In this document: in pieces, positions 1 through 13,558 of the stretch | How the letters are laid out: each line of letters starts with the position of its first letter | How positions within the stretch are numbered: the stretch's first letter is position 1 | Assembly: GCA_044892505.1 (NCBI GenBank) | Contig: CM097884.1 | Span: 82,088,001-82,152,000 of the forward strand | DNA from: Schmidtea nova | Taxonomy: Eukaryota | DNA: 64,000 nt | Direction: 5' to 3' | Made by a program: the position numbers and the translations under genes | The notes under the pieces: generated by a model | What the model was told of the DNA's origin: nothing | Database searches by the model: none | What the model saw: only the letters and a program-made list of their open reading frames with translations

Positions 1-846
1 TATTGTGTACTTATTTAAAGAAATTTGATATATTGTAATCCATTATGGGAATTATTGATATTAATTATATATATATACCAGTTATTTTTCATTGATATTT
101 TAAAATGACCAACTTATTATCAAATGATAAATTTTAATTTCAAAGGCAAAGGATCTTTATCCATGTCTTTTAAAAGAATTGATATACTGGACCCGTGAAT
201 TATAACATTTTAAATATGGATGTCAACAGGAATAGATCTCAATGTTGTTTTATTGGATTATTTAAAGAAGATTGATCATGAACTAATGATAGATAAATAT
301 CTAAAAGGATAAAATAAAACTGATGACAAAAATGACAAAACTTATAATGAAAATGTCAATAAGGATGGAAATTTCTTAATGGTAAAATACTGAGAATTAT
401 TAAAATGAAACTATAAATGTAAAATATATTGAAAGGTAGGAATTCAGGTGAGAAATTATATTGAAAGAGTTATTTCTTTGGGAAGATATATTCAGATTGG
501 GATATTATAAATGGTAAGTCAAGTAAGATGATGTTAATTCTATGATTGAAAATTTTATTCAGTGATTACTTATAATGGGGAAATTAACAATGAAAAATGA
601 CTTTATTGATGAAATATTTATTTTCAGTTTCTAGCGGGATTTAATCAATTACATTTAAATTACAGGTTTTTATAGATTGTTGTTTTGTCATCTGATTTAG
701 AGAGAATTATTTGTAGTTGATGTTTATTTTTTATATAAAATAATGTATCCAATTTAGTTGTCAATAGTAACCAGTCACCCACTCAAATTCGAGTATTTAT
801 CAAAAGACAATAATATAAATACCACATCTTTGAAAATATAAATCAA

Positions 847-1334
847 ATGTTGTGCAATTTAAATTATAAAGGTAAATGTTTAGTTCCTGGTTTGATATTC
901 CAGGGTGGAAAACCCCAACAATTTTTAGATAGAAGCTGAAAGTATCCCATCATATTTTTCAGATCAGGGAACTGTCGGATAATGGGGTGTAAACAACCGC
1001 TGTTAATTGGAGATTTACCATACAAAATAAAAATATTCAATTACAATCAGTTACCGTAACTGTTGACATTGGATTGAGAATTGATATAAATGAATTGACA
1101 AGAAAACCCAATTGTATTTACGAACCAAAAGTATTCCCCGGTTTGAGAGTGCTGAAATTTAATCCATTATGTGTTAATGTATTAACCAGTGGTAAAATAG
1201 TTATTTTTGGAATAAAATCTTTAGAATATCATGCTTTGGTTGATGAAATTGTAAATTACATAAAATCAATGATCATTGATTCTATATTGATGACAGATGC
1301 AGAATCTTTTGAGTTTTTGCTTGATATTGAATAG
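847..1334 (+). pseudogene. TATA-binding-protein (TBP)-fold gene, disrupted, probably of mobile-element origin
   Basis: Translation MLCNLNYKGK...GKPQQ...*KYPIIFFRSGNCRIMGCK, then a frameshift, then ...CIYEPKVFPGL...CVNVLTSGKIVIFGIKS. The two halves match the TBP repeat motifs (IFxSGK and YEPExFPGL...SGKIVIxG). It has one in-frame TGA and one frameshift. Confidence 0.7.
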
Positions 1335-1938
1335 TTGTTTTATAAAATAAAAATTTCATTACAATTTGTTTATTTTTAATTAGAAATTATATTAGTTTTC
1401 CCGGGACTTTTTATTATTTCAACTTTTATATTCATGTTTAATTATTACTTTCATTGTAACTTTTTATTAAAATAATAATATTGCAATGTAAATATATTCT
1501 AATAAATTGCTTTCTTTTTTAAAACTTATATTTGTAATTCATATTTAATTACTTCTATTATTGTTAAAATAATTTCTATTTAAAATGATATTAATATGTA
1601 TTTAATTTTTTATTAATTGGTTTTACATTTAATTGATTTCTTATTACAATTTCTATTTTTAATTCTTATTTATATATATCTTCTTTAGTTTATTTGTTCG
1701 AAGTAGTAGAAGTGTACTTTATTCCCTGGATTTGTTTAATTACAACTAATTTTTGAAATATTATGCCTTTCTAAAAATAATCCAAAATTAGAAATATGGA
1801 GAAATTATTATTCATGTTTAAGACTTATCGGGAAGTAAAAAAGAAATATGGTAGTGCATGTAATATTAATTATTAAAATCTAAAATTAAGAAATTTTAAT
1901 AAATGTGAAGAAACGTTTGAAGTTATTATTAAAAAATT

Positions 1939-2558
1939 CGGTACTTATGCACATTTCCCCCATTAATTAAAATTGATCAAAAGATTTTAAATAGAAGAAA
2001 ATGAATTGTTCCATAAAAATAAAATAAATAAGAAAACCAAAAAGTGCATAAGTACCGAAAATGTTCTTGACAGACCTTTCTACAAATTAATTTATAAAAA
2101 ACCACTGTGTTTTCTAATCATGTTCCAAGCTCATGCATAATATCATCTTGCTTTTGATATTATTTAGTCCGCATATATAAAAATGTGACTATTTGAATAA
2201 ATGCTAAATGAGAGCCTTCAAATAAAAATCATTTTAAATATTAAATTCGTATCTGTGTGTAGAATTATTGCATCTATAATAAAACCCGTTCTTTTTATCT
2301 GTGGCACTTCTTAAAACTAAAGGATGTCCACATCTACAGTGAGATACCAGCTTGATTATACTCGGATTTAAACAGCATCTCTAAGCATCTTCCTCAGTGA
2401 GAGTATTTATTACTATATCTCTCATAGTATATTTATCTAATGGCTTGTCTATATTTTCCATATTTATAATTTATCCGTAAATAATCCATATTTATTATTT
2501 ATTGATTATTAAAAATTTTTGATTAATTTTAATTATTGATGGTAAAGTGCATAATTAC
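1939..2558 (-). mobile_element. Merlin (IS1016/ISXO2-like) transposon relic with short inverted ends
   Basis: Minus-strand fragments CRCGHPLVLRSATDKKNGFYYRC...EGSHL and ...DDIMHELG...TVV...ICRKVCQ resemble the Merlin transposase N-terminus. CGGTACTTATGCAC at 1939 is inverted at 2044-2057, and a degenerate copy lies near 2546-2558. Confidence 0.5.
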
Positions 2559-2989
2559 CAAATATTCTGTATGAAAACGCTGTTTAGGAAAGACTCTGGT
2601 GTTAGCAAAATTTAAGATACAATAACCCAAATAATACAAAGAAAGGGGAAATCTAATAGTGTTTTTCACACTCTTCATCGCAAAGTAAACATAAACTTTT
2701 AAAGAAAATAATTTGCATTGCCATCTGAAGAAAATTCGAGACAGCAACCACAATCAAACAAAATTTCAGGATATTTGGAACAATCATTCAATTTGGATAC
2801 CGAATCTTTTGGTATTGTATGTTCGAAGTTGTACGTCGTGATGGGTTATCCTTTAGATTTATTGGTACTTTAGAAGTATTACAAAAATCATTGATTTCGA
2901 AAGAATTTATAGTTTTAGAATAATTGGGGAGATTAAGCGAAGAAATTGAACAGTATGTCTTTATAAGAAAAATTACAACTGATTATTAA

Positions 2990-3175
2990 GCAAGAGACGT
3001 ATTGAAATCAGGTAAGTGTGGAATTGTGGAGCCAGAAAAAACTGGTTGAAGGAGAACTTTTTTAGAGAAATGTCTACAATATCTGCTCACTATTTCTCCA
3101 ATCCGTGTAGATTCAGAATGAACCTGTTTTGCTTGCGGTAATAATAAAATTAAGATTAAAACATTAAAAATCAAA
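2990..3175 (+). pseudogene. hAT transposase C-terminal dimerisation-domain fragment
   Basis: Plus-strand translation ...FLEKCLQYLLTISPIRVDSE*TCFACG... aligns by eye with the LMTIKPTSVESERAFSAAG motif of the hAT ORF at 45867. Confidence 0.55.
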
Positions 3176-4389
3176 TATGTAATAATAAATTAATTTTTAA
3201 ATTTCTGTATTATATTTTGTGATATAAATTATTGTTTTCGGTTATTATTAAATAGTCAGTTACTGTCTGACTCCTCGTGTCCTTTCTTTATAAACAAATT
3301 AATAAAACACAACACAGTAATCTTTATTTTCAAATTTCATTACACAATTACAGTTACACACTTATCTGCACACTTCCAGCATTAGGGATAGGTCCTCCAA
3401 TGAGAAATCCCTCTTTCTGGTTAGCAAACAACTGATTTGATCCAAATTTTAACCTTCTGTAAACTTTAAAACTTAGCATTTTTTCTCTTTAGTAAAGATT
3501 TATATAGTTTTTAATTTGTAATTTCGTTCTTCGACCAACAGGAGCGAACACTAAATTCATTTCTTTTTTATATGGTTTCTTTAATTGAATGATTATTCAG
3601 TTTGATTGTATTACTCGTCAGAGGATCTTACTTTATTTTGGTCTAAGCCGAATTAGGTTAGCTTTGTTTGGGATTCCTTTTACCACTCGAGCTTTTTAAT
3701 CTTCCCTGGGTTTGCTGCAAATTAATTTTGTTAGGGGTAATGGGTTTAAGCACTGCTCACCCGGGCTACTTCTAGATCACTCAATTTCTTTTAGCAATTT
3801 TCTCCAGTCAACAAAAAGTAATAGTTTTAATAATAATTTCTTTAATAATTTTTGTCTTTTTTTAATATTTCTTTCTGGGGCCAGTAGTGTATCGGTAAAA
3901 TATTAGGTACCGGAACGCATGGTAATATCTGGGGTGGCGAATCTGATTATCTAAAAAATACATTGCCAAAATCTTTCTTTTTTCTAAATATATTTAATGT
4001 ATAGAGAAAAAATCTTTTTTATGTTGTTTAAAAAAATGATACATTCTTTGCCCTAAAATTAGGCAAAGTTTTACCAGCAATAAAACCGAGTTTCTTATTT
4101 TCTAATCAAGGTCTGTATTTTGATATTTTAACGCTAAGCTTAAAAAAGCCTAAATAAAAGATAGGATCATTACGACTTTAAAAAAATTTTTCTCTATAAT
4201 AAAATATTAGCTAGTCTCAATAAAAACAAAATATAATTTTTTATTCATACTCAGTAAAATATGAAATATTAACAAACACAAAAAAAATTCAAAAAAAGAT
4301 TAGAATAAGATTCTTAAAGATATCATTATTATGTAGTATACTATAAAATTTATAAAATCTCCCAGATAGAATAACAGACAATTTCATTA

Positions 4390-6460
4390 TTTGCCCCTGC
4401 TCTTTTAGTTTGCTCCTCAGTAGCGGATCGATGAGAACGCAGCCAGGTTTTTAAATATAAAATTTGGATTCCAATATTCCAAGGGTGGTCCATGAAGTTT
4501 TATAAACAATAAATTTGCAACATGATCAATTCAATATGTGATCTTCTTTCCGTTAAAATTAAATTCATGCTGCTGAAACTATGCTCGCATTCAGAACAAC
4601 TGCAAGCTATAATTTTGGAATAAATTTTAAAGTTTTCAAATCTTCTGAAATGTTACGACCACCAAAACCAACTAATTTCTAAAAGTATTTAAAATTTTCC
4701 CAAAAGGAAAAGTAAAGCTTTGGCAGAGAGATTCTTCTTCATTTTCTCCAAACTACATATTAATTTCAGATGGCCATTCCATTGGTTCAAGAATTCGCAA
4801 TATTTCAACTATGTAGAACTGCCGGAAGTCGGAGTCCACCTGAACTTAAACAGTTTGCAGATGTAGTGTTTAGCCTATTCCTCATATTATTAATAATACT
4901 AGTTACGAATTATTTTCTGTGAATAAATTTTAAGTTTTTTTATCTGTCAACGAAATTGAAGATAATTGCATTATTTCACAAGTAAAAGCTGCTTCCAACA
5001 ACTTCTTTCCTTTCTGAGAATCTTTTAAATATTCTAAATAATTGATTGTGTGGCGAATATATTTGTCGGCATCTACTATTGAAGTTTCTCTATTTTTGTA
5101 ATGCCTCTGACAGAATAGATAGACCAAATAAAACATCATACATTAACGCTAAATCTTGAACAAATTGTTTCGATGATATTTTTTATATAATTTATTGAAC
5201 ATGGATTCTTCAGTTTTTAGTGCGGTTGTTGTCCTTACTCGCATTTTCGAAATAATGACCTAAATATGACCAACTCTTTCAAATTGGTGCTACAGTCCTA
5301 AATAAGCTGGCTAACCATCTGACGTTAAATATAAATCCAATACGTTTAATTTCTACGCCGAGAGCAGTTGCACATGTTTCAATTTCTTTTTGATTTTACG
5401 GAGATTGACTATATATGGAGTATAACTTGTCCATAAATATTTGAAAATAAATTACCCCATTAACCTCAGATTTAGCATCTCCTACTGACAATTCGAGCCG
5501 GTGGTTTAGACCAGGGCTTCTTAAACATTTTCATATAACAACCCCCTTCAAGCCTATGAAATTTCAAACGACCCCCTCCTCCATATAATGAAATTTATAT
5601 TGACCGTAGATGTAAGTGTAATATCGCAGCATTGTAGAATCTACAGTGAAGATTCTACTCTATAGATTTTTAAATGTCAATATAGTAAGGATTAAAGAAT
5701 TAAATGTATTCTTTAAGTAGTCTTATGACTCCCCGGGAGGTCGCGACCCACAGTTTAAGAAGCCCTGGTTAAGACAATGCCATGTAATTAGATTTGGATA
5801 TTTCTGTGTAAGTCTTGTTCCCGTCGCTTCTAAATGAAATTTAATGGTGCTTTAAATAATTATCATCAAAACCATTTTTTCCAAATATTTTAAGATACAC
5901 TCTGTTATTCTGTTGACTGTTTGATGCTGCAGTTCAATTAAATCAAGTTTTGCATTTTAAATAAATACTAAGACCTGATTTTTTACTTAAGTGGCAGATT
6001 CATCTATGACAATAGATAAGTTTCCTTGATCTTTTACTATTTGTTGACAAACCTTTGATCTCATTTAAATTCCTATATGATCAATTATTTCCGTAGCGCT
6101 TAATCTAGATCGTAATCCGTGAGCTATAATAGATCCATTCATTTCTTGAAGTTTTAATAAATCAAAATGATTAGAATATGGACGATCATGTTTAGTAATG
6201 TAATAATCAGTTCTTAAAAACCTTGCTGGTGCTACAAATTTCAGAATCTTTTATCTTATCTGCAATAACATCAAGCTTTTGCCTGTCTGCTTCTTTTAAT
6301 ATATTCTCAGCTGCTGTATGTAAAAACCTTTTACAATGTTCGTACATTTTTTCGCAAAGAAGTTAGTTGTACAGCTTTATCATTTTTTATAAACTGATAT
6401 GTCAGTGCCACTCAATTTTTTTGAGATGCTTACTCCCTGCATCTTTAAAGGTCCTAAAGT
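4390..6460 (-). pseudogene. Decayed KIAA1586/ZNF862-like hAT transposase
   Basis: Minus-strand fragments KHDRPYSNHFDLLKLQEMNGS...HGLRSR, KLSIVIDESAT and IIACSCSECEHSFSSMNLILT...HGPPLEYWNP occur in the same order as in the 7992-10014 transposase. There are many stops and frameshifts, and the MITE at 5512 interrupts it. Confidence 0.7.
5512..5767. mobile_element. hAT-family MITE
   Basis: TIRs are CAGGGCTTCTTAAAC / GTTTAAGAAGCCCTG, and the 8-bp TSD is GTTTAGAC / GTTAAGAC (one mismatch). Confidence 0.85.
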
Positions 6461-6560
6461 CTGAAAAACCGAACAAATCAGACATCCTTATTTACCAGAA
6501 TAGCATTTTTTGCCAAGTATAAATATTTTTCTTTACAAAGCACATATATACAGTCCAAAT

Positions 6561-7144
6561 GGCGAACCCCTAAAACAGCGATTTCTAAAACATCGATACG
6601 AAAAAATAGATTTCTAAAACATTGACTGTCAAAATCATTGACTGTCAAAGACATCGACAACAATAACATCGAGAACTGATATACCCTAAAACATGACTGT
6701 CAAAAAAATATTGAATACTAGTTTTCCTCTAGTGAGCATTTGACTTACCACGGTAATTAAAATTAAGTTTTATGGAAAACAAAATTTTTCTTTTTCTTTT
6801 CCTTTTCTTATTAAAAAAGCATTGTCAAATATTATCAAAAACATTCATTAAATTAAACACTATTTAAAATAACTAATTATTAATTAATTAATATTCAAAT
6901 TAATATTGATTTAATAATTCTGCCAACCACATATTAAATTAAAACCTAACCTATTAATTAATTAATAACTAGTTATTTTAAATAGTGTTTTATTTAATAA
7001 ATGTTTTTGATAATATTTGATCATGTTTATTGTTTCTGAGACTCGATGTTAATGCTAGTCAATGTTTAGTTTTAAAAATTCGATTTTTTAGCAATCTATG
7101 TTTTAAAAGTCGATGTTTTAGTACTCGTACAAGGAGGGCGGCTG
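6561..7144. mobile_element. Foldback MULE-like non-autonomous element
   Basis: The 9-bp direct repeat AGTCCAAAT flanks it (6552-6560, 7145-7153). TAAAACATCGA motif arrays are inverted at the two ends, and a ~68-bp internal inverted repeat (6826-6893 / 6953-7021) surrounds AACCTAACCT. The terminal match is imperfect. Confidence 0.5.
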
Positions 7145-7660
7145 AGTCCAAATAATCGGCAAAATTATTATTGTTGATTGTGCTTCTTTTTGAACATTTT
7201 CTGTTGATGTTGTACATTTTCTTCTTGCTGCCCCCAGGTACTCCACATTGGAACTGCGCAGGCTGAGCAGGCAGGTGAGCTGCCTAGGCGGCGACTATTT
7301 CCTGCTCGTGCCCACTTGGGCTCTGACTGTTAGGAGGTCTTTGCTCTTTACATTTCCAGTCATCCGGTCTCTTTTATTAGTGTATATATTCTGAGCATTT
7401 ATCCAATATTATTAATATAATTTTCATGACAACACATTCGTTTTAATACATTTATTAAAATACAAATTGGGTTTCCGTTTACAACGGAATAACCTCCGCT
7501 AGTAGATCAAGTTTCGCCAATTCATTCAAGTGATCGATTTGAGACGTAAATTGTTGCGCCCATGCTTTCTTCCGCCTACTGCACATGGATCCGATGCGTT
7601 TTCTCTTTGAACCGAAGATTGGGACACTTCTGTCTTATACTGAGTGGTTTGGGATGGATG

Positions 7661-10565
7661 CAAGGATGCTTTCCCAAAATTAATCAACCGGTTCGCAGTG
7701 ATATTTTCTTACAAATTTTTCTATTTTTTTAATATTAATATTTCCATCAAAATATTATGGTTTGTCAGAGTAGCAGACTAAGTCAAGAATATTTAACTAT
7801 CGTTCATATTCTTTTAAACAATAATGTAATAGGATAAAAGAGAATAAAAAAATAATTCAACGAGGTGAAAATCACTTTTATTTTATTTATTCATTTCAAG
7901 AGATACAAAATTTACATTAAAAAAACTGAACATAACAAAAAATTGTGAAATTTCATATATTAGTAAATATTATTGTTATAAAGTAATTATATTATTTAAA
8001 ATATTTCCAAATAGCTAATTGATTTTCAGTATATTCTTTCGGTTTAGATTTTTTAACCCTGGTGTCATCTGCCGAGTTATGGTTCCTCAACCAAGTTTTT
8101 ACATAGGGAACTGCGTTCCAAGTTTTCAATGGACAACCAACTAAATTTAATGTCATCAAATTTGATATTGTCTGCACTGTTAATCTGGCTCTTATATCAG
8201 TAATTATGATGTTCATCAATGAAAATCCTCGTTCTGCTTCAGTACTGCTAACGGCAACCGTATTAACCATATTTTTCGCTTTTTGAATGTTTTCTGCAAT
8301 TTTACTAATTTGCTGATGGCCGTTGTTTATTATATTTTCTACATAATCACGGAAATCATTCTTATCGATATCAAAATTAAAAACTTTTCGAAATTTATCA
8401 AAATTCTCTTCGGCCTATATCCACGGAACTACAATATCTTCAATTTTCCATGTGCTCGGCTCTAGCAAATTGGCTAGCTCATAAATAATGCATTTATCAA
8501 TATTTTTTTTGTTACTATTTGATCCGAGATGACAGCAATCCATCAATCTTAATTTCATATTTTTTATGATGCTGTCAATAAGGGAATCTCTGGGAAGGTT
8601 TCCATAAATTCTGTTTTCGACGAAGATAATGTTTTTGAATGCTTCAGAGTTTATAACTTCATCCACATTTTTTTCGTAATGACCGCGACGATCTTTGAGA
8701 ATTTGAAAAGCGTTAATTGTTCTTCTAATCAGTTGATCTCCCTTTGCAACATTTATATTTCTAGCTTGAAGGGCATTAGATAGTAGAGAGCACTCCTGTA
8801 GGATGTCAATCATTAGAGCTAAATCTACTAGAAAACATTTGTTTTGTAGTCGTTTTGCCATTCCAGACATTTTTTGGTTAGAAGAGAACAACGTATACAA
8901 AGCAGGGTAGCTCCGCCATACAGCACGCAGCCCATCATGGTCCTAACACTCTTCCAATCTTAATTATATCCAAACTAAGCTCCTGGGAAATATTATTCAG
9001 TTCTTTTTGGTTTTTATTAGATTGATGAAAAATACAATATATTTTGTCCATGAAAAGTTTAAAATGATTAACCTGTTTGATATCGTTTATGGAATCATCT
9101 AAAACAAGTTGTAGACGGTGATTGAGACAGTGCCAAATAATAACATTTGGAAACATCTCTTTTATTCGTACGCTGACTCCAGATTTACAACCGAGCATTA
9201 CGCTAGCACTGCCAGAACAGAATCCTATTAAATTCAGTTTTAAATAATTTGTATCAAATCCAACAGCAAGAAATACACCCAACAAACTTTGAAAAATAGT
9301 ATTCGCATCTTGTGCGTCAAGTTCCACAATATCTACGAACATTATTGGGGATATTTCAGAAGATTCTACTTTGATGAAAACTATAAGCGTTGATTTACTG
9401 GAAATGGTGGAAGCTTCATCAATAACAGTACAAATTTTTAAATTATTCTTAATAATTGATATAAACAATTCTTTTTTAGTTTCTTGCGCGATATGCTCTA
9501 CTATCTTACTTGCACTATGTCGAGAATGAAGTCCGGTTCCCATGTCCAACCCGTATTTTACTTGAAGCTCTATTACACTTTCTATGTCTGAAAACGGACG
9601 GTTTCCTTTCGCTAGACTGTAAACAGTGTTGAAGATTCTTGTAGTAGAACTAATAAATTTCTCGGTCATCTTATCGATGCATGATGTAAAAGTTTGTTTT
9701 TCAAGTATCTTGGCATGTTCATCATCTAGTTTGTGTGCTTTTGATCCAAAATGTTCACTCGTTATTTCCCTCAAAGATGCTTGTTGCACTATTTTGTCTT
9801 TACCCGATGTCGTAACTTTACATTTTTTCCATTCCTGAGATATTAGTTTTGATTCCATTTTTAAACAATACTTACATCCCAATTTCTGATTACTGACAAA
9901 TAGCCCATCATATTTAATTTTAAACTCCTTCAACTGTTTCGCATTCCAACAGCTTGGTAAATTATTATTGTCCTCATTTTGGTAACTAGGAATCTCTAGT
10001 ATTTGTTCCTGCAAAGTTATTGAAACTGCTTCTATCTCTGTTATAGTCGACCTGCTATCATTATTTACTGATGTTTCCTCTCTTATTTTTTCGAGAAATA
10101 TGTGGTTAACATATTTTGTCTCTTCATCTTCAAAAAATAAAATATGTATTTAAAAATAAATTATTTAACTTAAAACATGAAAATAGTTAATTGAACTTAC
10201 CTTACAAAACAAATAATAACTGACAAAATGAAATATTTAGATTAAACTTTTTCAATAGAAATTTCAAATAGATTTAACTTTTACATATATACCTATCTAT
10301 GGTAACTTGATAAAATTTAAAAAATTTTTTATTTTTTTTAAAATTAACTGAAAGATTTCTATAAAGTAAAAAATTAGAATCGCAATGAAAGATAGATAAA
10401 ATTTTCAAATTGTTTATATAAATTTGCACCAAGTGGTAAATAAATTTTATTTAAATAATTTATTTTTTGCGTATTTTTTTTGCCAAAGTAAATAATTTAT
10501 TTTTTTCGCTTATTTTAATAGCCGGTTCGCACGAACCGGTGCGAACCGATAGGAAAGCATCCCTG
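7661..10565 (-). mobile_element. hAT DNA transposon (KIAA1586/ZNF862-like), near full length
   Basis: TIRs are CAAGGATGCTTTCC / GGAAAGCATCCCTG, the 8-bp TSD GATGGATG is perfect (7653-7660, 10566-10573), and it contains an internal transposase. Confidence 0.9.
7992..10130 (-). pseudogene. hAT transposase, KIAA1586/ZNF862-like, broken into three ORFs
   Basis: ORFs 8935-10014 (IDEAST, WHCLNHRLQL), 8415-8900 and 7992-8270 (VSSTEAERGFSLMN...ADDTRVKK) are separated by stops or frameshifts. A probable 5' intron lies near 10130-10200. Confidence 0.85.
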
Positions 10566-10573
10566 GATGGATG

Positions 10574-11950
10574 GCACTTCCGTGAGTAATTCGGTCGTAT
10601 CAGTTCCTACCGAAGGTTTAGCTCTTTCTTTCAGTTTAATGTTGATAAGTGAAAGGCCGCATACACGACTGCAGTTTGGACTCGATGAATGACGGCGTTT
10701 CTTTTTTGAGACAGTTCCTCAATTCTATCTTTACAGCGCCCAGCTCTAATTGCACCTCCACTATCGCACGTTTGGCTTGTTTGGTACGCATGATTTGGGC
10801 TTTCATCTGTTCGGAGGTAAATAATTTATGCCGAAGTTCGGTGTTTTCCATCGACAGTTTGGTAATTTAGAATTTTAGATACTCATTCACTCTCTTCTTG
10901 AGACTTTTCAGTCGCTTTCCCCAAGTATCAACGACGTGGTTGCAGCATGAAGCTGAAATACCTATAAAGATTACAAATTTATAAACTTCTACATGGCGAA
11001 ATTAGTGAGAAGATTTAAAGTTTTAACACCTAAATTCCTACTCTCTCCCCTGCTACAATGGAATTTACGACTATTGTCACAACGTATTCACGCAATTTCC
11101 ACCTCAACAAACAAAACGTTTATTTATATATTACCACTTTTTAATCAACAGATAAAATGTTTTGGGAGGCAAACATTTGATGAATTCGGATTCAATCTTT
11201 TATGGAGATCTTGGCAGAGTCCATACTGAAAGACGTGGACAGTACTTTCCTCTACGACTCTCGAAGATATCGTGGTGGGTCGATCACCACGAATCCCTAT
11301 TCCTGGAAGGTTTTGTGTGGAATATATCTTCAGTATATTAGTGTTTGGGGTCGATGCAACTCGTCTTTGATCACGGTGAATCATTTAGCCTGCCCGTCCA
11401 AGTAGTCGGTATCTGTTGGAATTGGTCATTTAGGTCTTCCGAAATCTCTACTTTCCTCTTGGTCGTTGTCCCATAGAGTGAATGGACATTTTCTCTTCAG
11501 TTCGTTACGCCATCCTCTCATTCGGGCTTTCATTTGTCAGTATATCGTTGTCGGCAAGTTTTACAGATCTTAGGACCCGTCAGCTTTGGCCTCCATCTCC
11601 CGTTCAAGCGTAAACTTCATTTGCACCTTACTCCGTTGAGATTCATAACATTGATTGATATTGAACATAGTTGCTATGAATTCTGAGATTGTAGGTATAG
11701 AGATTAAATCATTAGATCGCTCCTCCTTGCTTTGTCTATGGGTATAGTCATGATTTCAGTGCATGCATTGTTCATTTGATTTAGTTGTTCAATGACCTCT
11801 TATTCTTTCCAGGTCTACTAGGTGGATTCATGAAAATGTAAGGTTATAAGTGCGTCCCTCTGCCATTGATGACATCACCTGCTCTCAACCTAACTTTTCC
11901 CCACACGAAATTCGCAGTATCACCGCCGATTTCCTCCAGATAGTAAAACT
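10574..11950 (-). pseudogene. Unidentified degenerate coding-like, GC-richer segment that continues at 7440-7660 across the hAT insertion
   Basis: It has higher GC than the flanks, coiled-coil-like ORF fragments (10636-10851) and a possible short intron near 10960-10990. Sequence of the same style resumes on the other side of the hAT TSD. Confidence 0.35.
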
Positions 11951-13251
11951 TATTCTATCCTTTGAAACCCCTTATGTGCAGCTCCTTCATGTGTAAATTA
12001 AAAATTTGTGCTCATTTAAAATTTGAACCCTCTAACCATATTGCGGAGCTAATAAGCCCTGCACATACGGAATTACCCTCACAACTTTCACCACAGAGGA
12101 CGCCCCTCTGCAGTTTAGAAAGTTTAAAAATAATGAATGAATGATTTTATAAAATTTTCATGGCAATAAAAACATGATAGCAACACAAAATCATACTACA
12201 TTCGACAAAGTAAAATTTACCTAAAGTAATCCGTGAAAGTCTATGATTCGATAAACTGACAAAGTCAAGATCGGTTAAATCGCTTGAGCTTTGAAACTAA
12301 TCGGTAATATTCTGATTCTTATGGTTTTGGACTTCAGTATTTATACTGATCTGGTTTGCTAATAGGGCCAATCAGAATCGTTCTACCGCTCAAATTAAGT
12401 TGGTTTTTTATTTATTTGGTAAAAATTTGATAGAGGTTTCAGATAGTGTCTTGTGGATCAACGTCTACTTAATGAATTAATAAAAAAAGTACTTTTATTT
12501 TACCTAATTATCTTAAATTTGTTTTAATCGATTCTAGATACTCTGTATCTCTTGGGTATTACTGCTACTTCTACATTAAATTCTTGAAATGATAATTTTT
12601 CTTTAATCATTTTTCACTATTATTATCTAATTAACAGCTTTAGCCGACTCTGTGAGGCTATTTTAGGGTATTTTTCTATTATTTAAAAATTAAAGAGACA
12701 AAGAAATATTTACTGTTAAAAGAGTCATAGAAAAATAAATCTAAGTCACGTTTTACAAAATTTAAATAGCATCTCTTGTTAACAAAACAGTTATATCGAA
12801 GGTATTTTGAATATTATTTTCATTTGATTGTGACATAATTTGTTTCATTTGGATTTCTGAATCTGGACAATCTTTGTGATTCCTCTGGAAATGAGTAATA
12901 ACAAATTCACCATTTTTTTCAATAAAATCTTTATGAATGTAGAATTCATTATTTTGGAATGCGTTATCAGCTGAAAAATGTAATTATTAAATTACGGAAC
13001 TCAGTTTAAACAGTAAATATATATTTATCAAGTAGCCAATCGGGAAACGGTGAATAAATATTTTGTTGAATTAGAAGTCAAGTATTGTCCGGCCGTAAAG
13101 ATGCACAATCCATACAATAAATGGCAGAGATAAAATGTGTAATAAATCCCTATTGTAGTGCTGAACATAGTGACGTATTATGAAATTAGGAGCCTCTGTG
13201 ATTAGAATTATAAGGAGCCTTACATTTTTTTCATATTTCTTATTTACAAAA

Positions 13252-13442
13252 AGTAGTAGGATGTGTCCCCGTCAGATCAGTTACCCCCCCCCCCCAAATT
13301 TTTTAAAGTTACATAACACCGGACACTTGACCATAACATCACTCGTCCGTGACCAGCACACTTGTGCAAAGACACACTTATGGCACGTGTTTCCAATGGC
13401 AACTACTACTTTTAGAATTTTTTGTATCATCCTCACGTGCCC
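13252..13442 (+). repeat. Left terminal inverted repeat (191 bp)
   Basis: It is the reverse complement of 27459-27648, with about 5 substitutions and a 12 C versus 11 G homopolymer difference. Confidence 0.9.
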
Positions 13443-13558
13443 GGCACGATTATTAACCATTGCATCATCCGCGCGTGCCCGCCATGATTATTGACCAGCA
13501 CACTTATGGGTAGTAACCGGCACACTTAGTGACCAACACACCATCAGGTAATCACTAC

